Positions 28,507-37,179 of a DNA stretch of 64,000 bases are shown here, piece by piece. A program made the position numbers and the translations under genes. The stretch comes from Clostridia bacterium (lineage in GTDB: Bacteria; Bacillota; Clostridia; UBA1381; UBA9506), in contig JAZNGA010000030.1 in NCBI GenBank assembly GCA_045576235.1, positions 1 through 64,000 of the forward strand, written 5' to 3'. Every line of letters begins with the position of its first letter. Position 1 is the stretch's first letter. Below the pieces are notes generated by a model that worked only from the letters and a program-made list of their open reading frames with translations, did no database searches and had not been told where the DNA came from.

Positions 28507-28709
28507 TTTATTGACTATGCTTTATTATAGCACCGCCGTGAGATTATGTCAATATTTATTGAGAGACAATTAATAGACTTTAGCTTGACAGATTGAATTG
28601 TGTGTGATATAATAATTATGGAGCGTATGGTAAGAAAAGAGGTCTGCCGTAAACGGCAGACCTCTTTTCAATTGCAGCTTTAGTCACACTAACAAAAGGA
28701 GTAAAAGAC

Positions 28710-28907
28710 ATGACAGGAAAAGTAAAATGGTTCAACGCTGAGAAAGGTTTTGGCTTCATCGAGAGCAGCGAAGGCACAGATGTTTTTGTGCATTTTTCTG
28801 CAATCAACATGGAAGGCTATAAAACCTTAGACGAAGGTATGGAAGTACAATTTGATATTGTTGAGGGTGAAAAAGGTCCTCAGGCAGCTAATGTTACAAA
28901 AATGTAA
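28710..28907 (+). CDS. cspA: Cold-shock protein
   Basis: [15 protein letters not shown]1 and VFVHF RNP2 motifs. Confidence 0.9.
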   Translation: MTGKVKWFNAEKGFGFIESSEGTDVFVHFSAINMEGYKTLDEGMEVQFDIVEGEKGPQAANVTKM

Positions 28908-29101
28908 TTGCAAAATATCTATATTTGTAAATACCGCAAAGGTGTGAAAAAGGGGTGTAAAAAATTTTTACACCCGCTTTTTTTATAGGGTAAAGCTTTA
29001 AGAGGCTTTACAAAAAACATAAAATGTTGTATAATTTAAAATGAATTATAATTACAAAAAGCGGACATAATATCTCAGATAAAAAAATTCGGAGGTAGCC
29101 T

Positions 29102-29407
29102 ATGTCTTTAGTTAATGTGAATGAAGCCAATTTTGAAAAAGAAGTGACGAAAAGCGATAAAACGGTGCTTTTAGATTTTTGGGCGTCGTGGTGCGGCCCG
29201 TGTCGTCAGCTTTCGCCTGTTATTGAAAAAGTTGCAAAGGAAAGACCTGACATAAAGGTCTGCAAGGTTAACATTGATGAAGCAGAGTTTTTGGTTCGTG
29301 ATATGAAAATTATGAGCGTTCCGACTCTTGTTGTCATGAAAAATGGAGAAATCGTTAATAAATTGATAGGTGTTTTGCCTAAAAATGAAATATTATCAGC
29401 TTTGTAA
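29102..29407 (+). CDS. trxA: Thioredoxin
   Basis: WCGPC active site. Confidence 0.9.
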   Translation: MSLVNVNEANFEKEVTKSDKTVLLDFWASWCGPCRQLSPVIEKVAKERPDIKVCKVNIDEAEFLVRDMKIMSVPTLVVMKNGEIVNKLIGVLPKNEILSAL

Positions 29408-29427
29408 ACGCTAAGGAGGAAAATTAC

Positions 29428-30249
29428 ATGAGTGAAAATTGTACACATGACTGTTCAAGCTGCAGCTCAAACTGCAAGGGAAATCAGCCGGAGAGCTTTA
29501 TTGAGCCTCCTCACAAGCTCAGTCAGATTAAAAAAGTGATAGGTGTTGTCAGCGGTAAGGGCGGTGTCGGAAAAAGTCTGGTGACTTCGCTTCTTGCATT
29601 GCAGGCAAACAGAAAAGGTTTTAAAACAGCAATTTTAGATGCTGATATAACAGGGCCGTCTATCCCAAGGGCATTTGGTGTTAAAGGTCCTGCTGAAGGA
29701 ACGGAAGACGGAATTTTTCCTGTTAATTCAAAAAACGGAGTGGGGATTATGTCGCTTAATCTCCTTCTTCCCGATGAGACATCTCCTGTTGTCTGGAGAG
29801 GCCCTGTGATTGCAGGAACAGTTAAGCAGTTCTGGACAGATGTCATTTGGGGTGATGTTGATTATATGTTTATTGATATGCCTCCGGGAACAGGCGATGT
29901 TCCGCTCACGGTTTTTCAGTCTATTCCCGTTGACGGAATTGTCGTTGTTGCATCTCCGCAGGAGCTTGTCGGTATGATTGTCGAAAAGGCAGTCAACATG
30001 GCAAATATGATGGAAATTCCTGTTTTGGCTTTAGTTGAGAATATGAGCTATATGACTTGCCCTGATTGCGGAAAGAAAATCAATGTGTTCGGCGAGAGTC
30101 ACATTGATGAAATCGCAGAAAGATATGGGGTTGAAAATGTTTCGAAGCTTCCTATTGATCCGAAAATCGCAGCGGCGTGTGACACGGGAAATGTTGAGGA
30201 GCTAAAAGAGGATTATCTTGCCGAATTGTTTGAAAAAGTTATTAAATAA
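29428..30249 (+). CDS. Mrp/NBP35 (ApbC) iron-sulfur cluster carrier ATPase
   Basis: GKGGVGKS deviant Walker A, CPDC motif, N-terminal Cys-rich segment. Confidence 0.8.
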   Translation: MSENCTHDCSSCSSNCKGNQPESFIEPPHKLSQIKKVIGVVSGKGGVGKSLVTSLLALQANRKGFKTAILDADITGPSIPRAFGVKGPAEGTEDGIFPVNSKNGVGIMSLNLLLPDETSPVVWRGPVIAGTVKQFWTDVIWGDVDYMFIDMPPGTGDVPLTVFQSIPVDGIVVVASPQELVGMIVEKAVNMANMMEIPVLALVENMSYMTCPDCGKKINVFGESHIDEIAERYGVENVSKLPIDPKIAAACDTGNVEELKEDYLAELFEKVIK

Positions 30250-30397
30250 TAATAAAAGGCATAAAAGGGTGGTGCAGTTCATCAACTGCATCACCTTTTT
30301 TTGTTTGGCTATGAAAATTTTTTGCTTTAAAATAGTATATTTATTTGCTTTTTTTGGAATAATATGTAAAACCGTTAATTAAAGGAGCTAAAAACCC

Positions 30398-32320
30398 ATG
30401 GAAAACAAACACAAAGCTAAAACATATATTTCTTCAAATAAAAATATGAGCGAGATAACATGGACATCTGTCATAACGGGGATTTTGCTTGCAGTCATAT
30501 TCGGAGCGGCAAACGCATATTTAGGATTAAGAGTTGGTATGACGGTTTCTGCATCCATTCCGGCTGCTGTTGTTTCGATGGGAGTTTTGCGGGTTATTTT
30601 AAAAAGAGACTCTGTTCTGGAAAGCAATATGGTGCAGACCATAGGTTCTGCAGGAGAGTCCCTTGCCGCAGGAACAATTTTCACAATACCGGCGCTTTTC
30701 CTTTGGGCTAAAGAGGGAGTGATGGAAAAACCGGGTTTTTTATTTCTGACTGCAATTACATTAATTGGCGGACTTTTGGGCGTGCTTTTCATGATTCCTT
30801 TAAGGGAAGCGTTAATTGTGCGGGAACATAATGTTTTGCCATATCCTGAAGGGAAAGCGTGCGCGGAGGTTTTGCTTGCAGGCGAAAACAAATCATCAGG
30901 AGCAGGAAAGGTTTTTTGGGGAATGGGTTTGTCTGCTCTGGTTAAATTGGTCGTTGATGGGCTTAAAGCTTTTCCTGGAGAGGTTTCCCTGAAATTTCGC
31001 GGCTTTGGCGGCGAAATCGGAACACAAATTTATCCTGCTGTTTTTGGAGTGGGATATATTTGCGGTCCTAAAATTGCTTCATATATGTTTTCGGGTGGAG
31101 TGCTTTCATGGCTCGTTTTAATTCCGCTTATTGTAATGTTTGGAGAAAATTCTGTTTTCTATCCTGCAAAAGAGACGGTTGGAGAGCTTTTCTTATCAGG
31201 TGGGGCAAATGCTGTCTGGAGCAATTATATAAGATATATTGGTGCAGGAGCTTTGGCTGCAGGAGGAATAATAAGTCTCATAAAAAGCCTGCCTTTGATT
31301 ATGCTGACATTTAAAAAAGCAGTGATGGGACTCGGAGATTCGCATAAAGCAAAGAGAAAAAGAACAGAGGAAAGCCTTGAAATAAAGACAGTTTTAATAA
31401 TGGTTGGCTTTTTGATTTTGTTATACTGGCTTTTGCCATTTCTTCCTATATCGTTTGTCGGCGCAATAATTGTAGCAGTATTCGGCTTTTTCTTCGGGAC
31501 TGTTTCTTCGCGAATGGTTGGAATTGTGGGAAGCAGCAACAACCCTGTTTCAGGAATGTCGATTGCCACACTGCTCATTGCAACATCAATTTTAAAATTA
31601 ATTGGCTTTAGCGGAAAAGAAGCTTTTTTAAATGCAATTTCAATAGGCTCGGTTATATGCATAATAACAGCAGTTGCAAGTGATACATCTCAGGACCTGA
31701 AAACAGGTTATCTTTTAGGCGCAACTCCAAAAAAACAACAGATTGGCGAAATGCTTGGAATTGTTGCTGCCGCTCTTTCAATAGGTGGAACGCTATATCT
31801 TTTAGATGGGGCGTGGGGCTTTGGATCAAAAGAGCTGGCTGCCCCGCAAGCTACTTTGATGAAATTGATTGTAGAGGGCATTATGGATGCAAATCTCCCG
31901 TGGGGTTTAGTGGTTTCGGGGATGTTTATAGCTGTGGTTGCAGAAATTTTAGGCGTGCCCGTTTTGGCTTTTGCAATTGGAATTTACCTTCCTGTTCATC
32001 TTAACACTTGCATAATGATAGGCGGGATTGTGCGCCTTGCGGTAAATAAAGCTAAGGGAAGCGATGAAAAAAGAAAAGAGATGGTAAACAGCGGCATTTT
32101 GTTCAGTTCGGGGATGATAGCGGGAGAGGGAATAATGGGAATATTTCTTGCTGTTTTTGCCGTTTTAGGATTTTCTGATGCAATTGATATATCACAAACG
32201 ATGCTTTCTTTAGGAAATGGGGGACAGATTTTCAGCGTTATATTTTTGTGCTTGACTGTTCTTGCGACACTTAAGGTAACGATATGGAAAAAGAGGGGAG
32301 AGGGGAAGATGAATGAATAA
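30398..32320 (+). CDS. OPT-family oligopeptide transporter
   Basis: 640 aa with ~16 TM helices and an N-terminus typical of bacterial OPT. Confidence 0.65.
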   Translation: MENKHKAKTYISSNKNMSEITWTSVITGILLAVIFGAANAYLGLRVGMTVSASIPAAVVSMGVLRVILKRDSVLESNMVQTIGSAGESLAAGTIFTIPALFLWAKEGVMEKPGFLFLTAITLIGGLLGVLFMIPLREALIVREHNVLPYPEGKACAEVLLAGENKSSGAGKVFWGMGLSALVKLVVDGLKAFPGEVSLKFRGFGGEIGTQIYPAVFGVGYICGPKIASYMFSGGVLSWLVLIPLIVMFGENSVFYPAKETVGELFLSGGANAVWSNYIRYIGAGALAAGGIISLIKSLPLIMLTFKKAVMGLGDSHKAKRKRTEESLEIKTVLIMVGFLILLYWLLPFLPISFVGAIIVAVFGFFFGTVSSRMVGIVGSSNNPVSGMSIATLLIATSILKLIGFSGKEAFLNAISIGSVICIITAVASDTSQDLKTGYLLGATPKKQQIGEMLGIVAAALSIGGTLYLLDGAWGFGSKELAAPQATLMKLIVEGIMDANLPWGLVVSGMFIAVVAEILGVPVLAFAIGIYLPVHLNTCIMIGGIVRLAVNKAKGSDEKRKEMVNSGILFSSGMIAGEGIMGIFLAVFAVLGFSDAIDISQTMLSLGNGGQIFSVIFLCLTVLATLKVTIWKKRGEGKMNE

Positions 32321-32633
32321 TAATGATTATATGAATAAAAAGCCATACAAAAATGTGCTTAAATGGGAAACAGACAGAGATGGAATTGTGACACTTCAAA
32401 TAGAGAATAAAGGTCTGATGAAAAGACTTTCAGGCTCACCGAGAAAAAGCACGGTTTGCCTTGATGAGCTTGGAAGCTTTGTCTGGAATCATATTGACGG
32501 AGAGTGTGACATTTTGGAGATAGGAAAAAGCTTGGAAAAGCAATTTGGCGAGAAATCAAAACCATTATATGAAAGACTGATTAAATATTTTAAAATATTA
32601 AAAAGCTATCGTCTCATTGACTGGAGCAGATAA
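32313..32633 (+). CDS. PqqD-like small protein (possible RiPP-recognition-element fold)
   Basis: ~100 aa with LDELGSFVWNHIDG...ILEIG pattern reminiscent of PqqD. Overlaps the OPT stop by 8 nt. Confidence 0.4.
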   Translation: MNNNDYMNKKPYKNVLKWETDRDGIVTLQIENKGLMKRLSGSPRKSTVCLDELGSFVWNHIDGECDILEIGKSLEKQFGEKSKPLYERLIKYFKILKSYRLIDWSR

Positions 32634-32701
32634 AATAAAAATGTAATAAAATGTAAAAAAATAATTTTTTTAGAAAAAAATAAAAAATTTTCAAAAAAGG
32701 C

Positions 32702-32730
32702 TTGACATTTGACTTTTAACTTGCTATAAT
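32702..32730 (+). promoter_or_regulatory. Consensus promoter (TTGACA-17-TATAAT) for the tRNA operon
   Basis: Perfect hexamers at 32702-32707 and 32725-32730, ~28 nt upstream of tRNA-Gly. Confidence 0.7.
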
Positions 32731-32757
32731 ATTTAAGTCGGCGCTTGAGAGAGACTT

Positions 32758-32832
32758 GCGGGTGTAGTTCAATGGCTAGAATCTCAGCCTTCCAAGCTGA
32801 TTGTGTGGGTTCGATTCCCATCACCCGCTCCA
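32758..32832 (+). tRNA. tRNA-Gly (TCC)
   Basis: Cloverleaf with acceptor gcgggtg/cacccgc, anticodon loop cTTCCaa, CCA encoded. Confidence 0.85.
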
Positions 32833-32840
32833 TTTGTTGT

Positions 32841-32917
<77 letters not shown>

Positions 32918-32969
32918 CTTTCTTCATAATTTAATAAGGCAGGAAAGAGCAAAGTTTCTGTACCTTCAT

Positions 32970-33047
32970 GGTGGGTATAGCTCAGTTGGTTAGAGCGCTA
33001 GATTGTGGCTCTAGAGGTCGTCGGTTCGACTCCGATTACCCACCCCA
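32970..33047 (+). tRNA. tRNA-His (GTG) with G-1
   Basis: Extra 5' G pairs with discriminator C. Anticodon stem ctaga/tctag, loop tTGTGgc, CCA encoded. Confidence 0.85.
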
Positions 33048-33097
33048 CTAAGTATAAATTGCCGGCGTAGGGAAATACTTATCATGGTACGGTATTT

Positions 33098-33173
33098 TGG
33101 GATGTCGCCAAGTTGGTAAGGCACCGGATTCTGATTCCGGCATTCGGAGGTTCGAGTCCTTCCATCCCAGCCA
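33098..33173 (+). tRNA. tRNA-Gln (CTG)
   Basis: Acceptor tgggatg/catccca, anticodon stem ccgga/tccgg, loop tTCTGat (anticodon CTG as folded). Confidence 0.75.
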
Positions 33174-33189
33174 ATCTATCCTACTACGA

Positions 33190-33267
33190 TGGGATGTAGC
33201 CAAGTCGGTAAGGCACCAGACTTTGACTCTGGCATTTTCGTAGGTTCGAGTCCTGCCATCCCAGCCA
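33190..33267 (+). tRNA. tRNA-Gln (TTG)
   Basis: Same acceptor as the preceding Gln. Anticodon stem ccaga/tctgg, loop cTTTGac. Confidence 0.8.
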
Positions 33268-33271
33268 ATTT

Positions 33272-33347
33272 GGACCATTAGCTCAGGCGGTAGAGCACTT
33301 GACTTTTAATCAAGTTGTCCGGAGTTCGAATCTCCGATGGTTCACCA
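33272..33347 (+). tRNA. tRNA-Lys (TTT); probable phage attachment target
   Basis: Acceptor ggaccat/atggttc, anticodon stem cttga/tcaag, loop cTTTTaa, CCA encoded. Terminator hairpin at 33351-33388, then the integrase. Confidence 0.85.
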
Positions 33348-33350
33348 CGA

Positions 33351-33388
33351 AAAACCCTTAAAGCATCAGACTTTGAGGGTTTTTTTGT
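33351..33388 (+). terminator. Terminator of the tRNA operon
   Basis: aaaacccttaaagcatcagactttgagggttttttt. Confidence 0.75.
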
Positions 33389-33445
33389 TTCCTTACGAAA
33401 TTCACCTAAAAATGCATTTTGTTAGTAACGTGTTAGTAACCGCAA

Positions 33446-34591
33446 CTAAATTGCATTTACTTGTGCAACCATTTCTTTAATATCTTCTTTTGTAAAGTGT
33501 GTATATACATCAACTGTTGTTTCATAATTTTCGTGTCCAATGATTTTTTGTAAGAGCTCAGGTTTTGCATTAGCTTGTACCATTCGAGAAGCGAAGGTAT
33601 GACGTGTGCAGTGTGGAGTAAGTCTATGGTCCTCCGGACTCGATGTGATGCCAACCTCAGCAAGATATGGGTAGTATTCTCTTTCTCTGAAGTTTCTTAC
33701 ATTGATTTTGCCCCCTATCGTGTTTATTAATAAGTATTTGTTTTCTTTATTATACCATTTTTCTATAAAAGGAAGGATTAAATCGTGAATAGGTATAATT
33801 CTGTTTATACCGGCCTCTGTTTTTTCTCCTCCTATCATATACTGTTCATTTAAAAATATATTTTTCGTTTCAATAGAAAAAAATTCTCCTATCCTCATTC
33901 CTGAATAAACTAGAGTTAATATAATCTGAGCAACAATATCTTGCTTGTGTTCCCAAAGAATCTGAATTTCGTTTGGAGAAAATATTTCCTTTTCTTTTTT
34001 GTCGATTTTGGGAATTTTTAAAAACTGGGCATAGTTTTTTGAAACGATATCACGTTCCATCGCGAAGCTGCAAAGTTGATTAGCTAAGATTCGGACCTTG
34101 TCACAGGTGGAACGGCTTTTTTTTGATTTAACAAGTAGGTCTATTTGTTGTTGGAAATCATCTGTTTTTATATCACGGATTTTCTTTTTGTGACAAGCTG
34201 AAAGATGCTTCCATGCTGCTTCGTATCCTTCAATGCTTTGCTTGCTTAAATCGGTGAAACGAGTGCGGGACCATGCTTTATAAATTTCCTCAAGCGTCGA
34301 GTTGAAATCTGCAGATATTGACTGTAAATCCATAGTTGCTAAAGCTATGTTAGCTTCTTTTTCGGTGGAATAATAGCCAATGATGACAGTTTTCTTAATA
34401 TTATTTTTACATGAGGTCGAAGCTGCTACCCAGGGCTTTCGTCTTTTACCCTGTAGCTTATAGACACTTCCGGTTCCGTTGGCGCGTTTTTTAGCTTTTT
34501 TCTTACTGCGCTGACTGGTCTGTTTCTTTCCACAAAACATACAGAATTCACTTGTTGTTGGAATCTCTTTGTTGCATTTTATACATAGCAT
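33446..34591 (-). CDS. int: Tyrosine-type site-specific integrase with N-terminal zinc ribbon
   Basis: C-terminal catalytic residues (R...HxxR...Y; HCTRHTFASR, VDVYTHF) and N-terminal CIKCNKE...CMFCG. Confidence 0.85.
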   Translation of the reverse strand: MLCIKCNKEIPTTSEFCMFCGKKQTSQRSKKKAKKRANGTGSVYKLQGKRRKPWVAASTSCKNNIKKTVIIGYYSTEKEANIALATMDLQSISADFNSTLEEIYKAWSRTRFTDLSKQSIEGYEAAWKHLSACHKKKIRDIKTDDFQQQIDLLVKSKKSRSTCDKVRILANQLCSFAMERDIVSKNYAQFLKIPKIDKKEKEIFSPNEIQILWEHKQDIVAQIILTLVYSGMRIGEFFSIETKNIFLNEQYMIGGEKTEAGINRIIPIHDLILPFIEKWYNKENKYLLINTIGGKINVRNFREREYYPYLAEVGITSSPEDHRLTPHCTRHTFASRMVQANAKPELLQKIIGHENYETTVDVYTHFTKEDIKEMVAQVNAI

Positions 34592-34766
34592 ATATCTTGT
34601 CTCCTTTTTCTTGACAACTCAAAGAAGATATGCTAAAATACAACTGTGATTGGGGTGTGCTTTTAGCATATCTTATTCTTACCGTCCTGTTGGCGCAGGG
34701 CGGTTCTTTTTTTATATAACATAATAACAGTCCTTTTTTAATTAAGACATGTTAATTATGTCGTGT

Positions 34767-35423
34767 TTATGGATTACATACCGAGCAAGGCTCGTAATTC
34801 TTTTGAGCTTCTTCTATAATAAGCTTAGTGCAATTCTTATTTTTTACATACATACAGTTTTCTTCGTGGTATTTCCTGCCTGTTGGAGTAATGTAAACAT
34901 ACTCAATCTCCTCGACTTGTTCAGTCTGATATACACTTGTTGAAACAGGAGTATCCTGTGGAACTGTATGCGTTCCTAAGCAGAAACCTAAGAAAGCTAC
35001 AAGTATAAGAACTGTTACAGTTAAACGTAAATTTACCTTTGGCGGATTTAGAACTGTGTAAGCGAATGCATCTGCTTCGATGTCATGCAATCGGCTACTA
35101 CATGTCAAAGTGCTCATTTCTAAATGATTCAGTTCTATATGTCCAACTTCGTGCAAAAGCAAATACAGTTTATCTTCTGGTGAAGCATCACTTCTTATAT
35201 AGATTACAGTCATATCATCATCTACAACAGTAAAAGCATCCTTGTTTTGAAAAGCTCTTGGAAGTCTGTATTTGCGCAGTATTTCCATTCTTGCACTTTC
35301 TGTAAAAAATGTAACAGTACAATACTTTGACTTAAGAAGTTCGGTAATGGAATCAAAACTTTTTCTGTTCTTTGTTTGTTTTATAAAATTGATAGCAGTC
35401 TTTGTAACTAAATTTTTCATTAT
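34767..35423 (-). CDS. ImmA/IrrE-family metallopeptidase with TM helix and Cys-containing C-terminal domain
   Basis: HEVGHIELNHL (HExxH...H) motif. TM segment LTVTVLILVAFLGF. C-terminal CMYVKNKNC...CSVC. Start taken at the internal MKNLVTK to avoid overlap with the XRE gene. Confidence 0.6.
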   Translation of the reverse strand: MMKNLVTKTAINFIKQTKNRKSFDSITELLKSKYCTVTFFTESARMEILRKYRLPRAFQNKDAFTVVDDDMTVIYIRSDASPEDKLYLLLHEVGHIELNHLEMSTLTCSSRLHDIEADAFAYTVLNPPKVNLRLTVTVLILVAFLGFCLGTHTVPQDTPVSTSVYQTEQVEEIEYVYITPTGRKYHEENCMYVKNKNCTKLIIEEAQKNYEPCSVCNP

Positions 35424-35460
35424 TTTACCCCCAGTTATTGAAAGGACTGCTATTATGTTA

Positions 35461-35934
35461 TCAGTTAGAATGTTTAATTTGTTTCTTTTTCGGATTAGCT
35501 CTTGCAGGTGTGATGTCAGGAGCTGCAACAGCGGGATAACTTTCTTTTTCTTCTCCATAAACTATATACTTCTGATTGGCTACATATTTAGGACTCTCAA
35601 GGAGGTCATCAACGTATGAATCAGTTTTTTCTTTTCCTTTATTATTAAGCTTGTTATATTTTGTTAAGATAGGAGGCTCGGGTTTTTCGGATTGTCTATT
35701 TATTTCACATAAGGCATCACAGGTAGGTTCATTTAAATCATCAGACACAAAGCCGCATGGTTTAACATCAAAATAGTCTGCAAGTTTTTGCATGGTAATT
35801 CTTTTAAGATTTTGTGTTGCTCCACTTTCCCATTTTTGAACAGCGGCTCTTTGCACTCCTACAACTTTTCCTAACTCAGATTGACTAATGCCTTTTTGAG
35901 TTCGTAAATATTTAATGTATTTTCCAACTTCCAT
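35461..35934 (-). CDS. XRE-family (CI-like) repressor
   Basis: N-terminal HTH (ISQSELGKVVGVQRAAVQKWE) with a C-terminal extension; divergent from the cro-like genes. Confidence 0.75.
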   Translation of the reverse strand: MEVGKYIKYLRTQKGISQSELGKVVGVQRAAVQKWESGATQNLKRITMQKLADYFDVKPCGFVSDDLNEPTCDALCEINRQSEKPEPPILTKYNKLNNKGKEKTDSYVDDLLESPKYVANQKYIVYGEEKESYPAVAAPDITPARANPKKKQIKHSN

Positions 35935-36029
35935 TGTTTTATCCTCCTTGTTTAATATGATTGTATCGTATTTTTAACTAAATGTCAATATAAAATTTAA
36001 AAAAGTTAAAAAAAAGATACAAAAAGATA

Positions 36030-36080
36030 TTGACAAAGAAAATAAGGTATGCTATTATAGATGTATCATAAAAAGATACA
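36030..36080 (+). promoter_or_regulatory. Early rightward promoter (TTGACA-17-TATTAT) with palindromic operator gtatcataaaaagatac
   Basis: Hexamers at 36030-36035 and 36053-36058. Palindrome at 36064-36080; second copy at 36306-36322. Confidence 0.55.
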
Positions 36081-36089
36081 AAGGAGGGT

Positions 36090-36314
36090 GTGTCAGTGAA
36101 TAAAATAGAATTTGAGTACGAAATGAAAAAGCATGGCGACACTCAAGAGACATTAGCAAAGGCTATGGGAATATCTCGTACAAGGCTTAATTGTAAGATT
36201 AATGAAAGAAAAGGAGCTTCTTTTAATCAGCCCGAATTAAAGTTTTTAAGAGATAGATACGCTTTGTCTGCATGTAGACTGGATGAAATTTTTTTTGACA
36301 GGGATGTATCATAA
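36090..36314 (+). CDS. Small HTH regulator (Cro/antirepressor-like)
   Basis: HTH QETLAKAMGISRTRLNCKI. GTG start at 36090 or 36096 after ribosome-binding site aaggaggg. Confidence 0.55.
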   Translation: MSVNKIEFEYEMKKHGDTQETLAKAMGISRTRLNCKINERKGASFNQPELKFLRDRYALSACRLDEIFFDRDVS

Positions 36315-36343
36315 AAAGATACTAAAGGAGGAGTGAAAGAAGC

Positions 36344-36529
36344 TTGATTGCAAATGGAATAAAAGACGAAATGAGAAAACGTGGCATTAGTATATATCGG
36401 TTAGCTAAACTAACCGGGATAAGATATGAATTACTCAGGAGGGTGTTTTGTGGTGAAAGAAAACTTACAGCTGACGAGTTTGTACTTGTTTTAGAAAAGA
36501 CGGACATTAAATTTGATGACGTAAAATAA
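36344..36529 (+). CDS. Small HTH regulator (TTG start)
   Basis: HTH ISIYRLAKLTGIRYELLRRV. Preceded by a second operator palindrome and ribosome-binding site aaaggaggag. Confidence 0.5.
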   Translation: MIANGIKDEMRKRGISIYRLAKLTGIRYELLRRVFCGERKLTADEFVLVLEKTDIKFDDVK

Positions 36530-36578
36530 AAGAACAGAACGACGTCTCGTTCCGTTCAGTTGGTTAAGCAATATTAAA

Positions 36579-36710
36579 TTATGGTCTTTTCTTTGTTTGA
36601 GAAAGAGCACTGCCTGCTACACTTTTGCTTGCTTTACTGTATCTTCCATCCTTCAAAATTTTAGATGCAGTGGAAGCAACTTTGGGTGTCGTTTGCTTTT
36701 TGTTTGCCAA
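36579..36710 (-). CDS. Possible 43-aa basic small protein (not in the ORF track)
   Basis: TTG start 8 nt after ggaggtgaag (minus strand). Lys/Ser/Ala-rich product LANKKQTTPKVASTASKILKDGRYSKASKSVAGSALSQTKKRP. Confidence 0.25.
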   Translation of the reverse strand: MANKKQTTPKVASTASKILKDGRYSKASKSVAGSALSQTKKRP

Positions 36711-36933
36711 TAGACTTCACCTCCTGATTAATATTTTATGTAATCGATTACAATAAATATTATACTATATTTTGTAGTATGTGTCAATGTAGTAAATATA
36801 TATTGTGCTTTGTTGCTTGGAATGTTTTCAGATTGTTTGAGTTCTTTTGAGTATGTTTTAAATGCTTTTGGGATATTGAGTTAATAAAAAGTTTACATTT
36901 TATGAATTTATATGGAAGGAGGCGCAATAAACT

Positions 36934-37161
36934 ATGCAAGGAGAAGAACGTGTAGTAATTGAAACGATGACGGTCCAGGAAGTATGTGATACTTTGAGAG
37001 ATATGGGAGTAAAAACAACTCCTATAAAAATCAGGGCAGGGATAGCTCAGGGAGTATATCCGTTTGGAATACGCATACAGATGGAAAATCAGGAGTTTGA
37101 AATTTACCGTGCTTTATTTGAAAAGTGGGTAGATGAAAGAGCGACTATTGTCGCAGGATAA
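36934..37161 (+). CDS. Phage hypothetical protein
   Basis: Ribosome-binding site ggaaggagg. No recognised domain. Confidence 0.4.
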   Translation: MQGEERVVIETMTVQEVCDTLRDMGVKTTPIKIRAGIAQGVYPFGIRIQMENQEFEIYRALFEKWVDERATIVAG

Positions 37162-37179
37162 AAGAAAGGAGAAAGAAAA

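Noticed and set aside
28616-28680. Hairpin gaggtctgccgtaaacggcagacctc plus U-run, as a terminator of an upstream plus-strand gene
   Set aside because: No plus-strand gene lies upstream; it is more likely part of the long structured cspA 5' UTR or a bidirectional insulator, and is left uncalled.
33048-33278. 76-aa minus-strand ORF
   Set aside because: It lies entirely across the two tRNA-Gln genes; an artefact of stop-free tRNA sequence.
36090-36529. The two small HTH genes, as a toxin-antitoxin pair
   Set aside because: Both products are HTH DNA-binding proteins with operator palindromes upstream and no toxin-like partner; a Cro/Ner-type early-regulator interpretation fits better.
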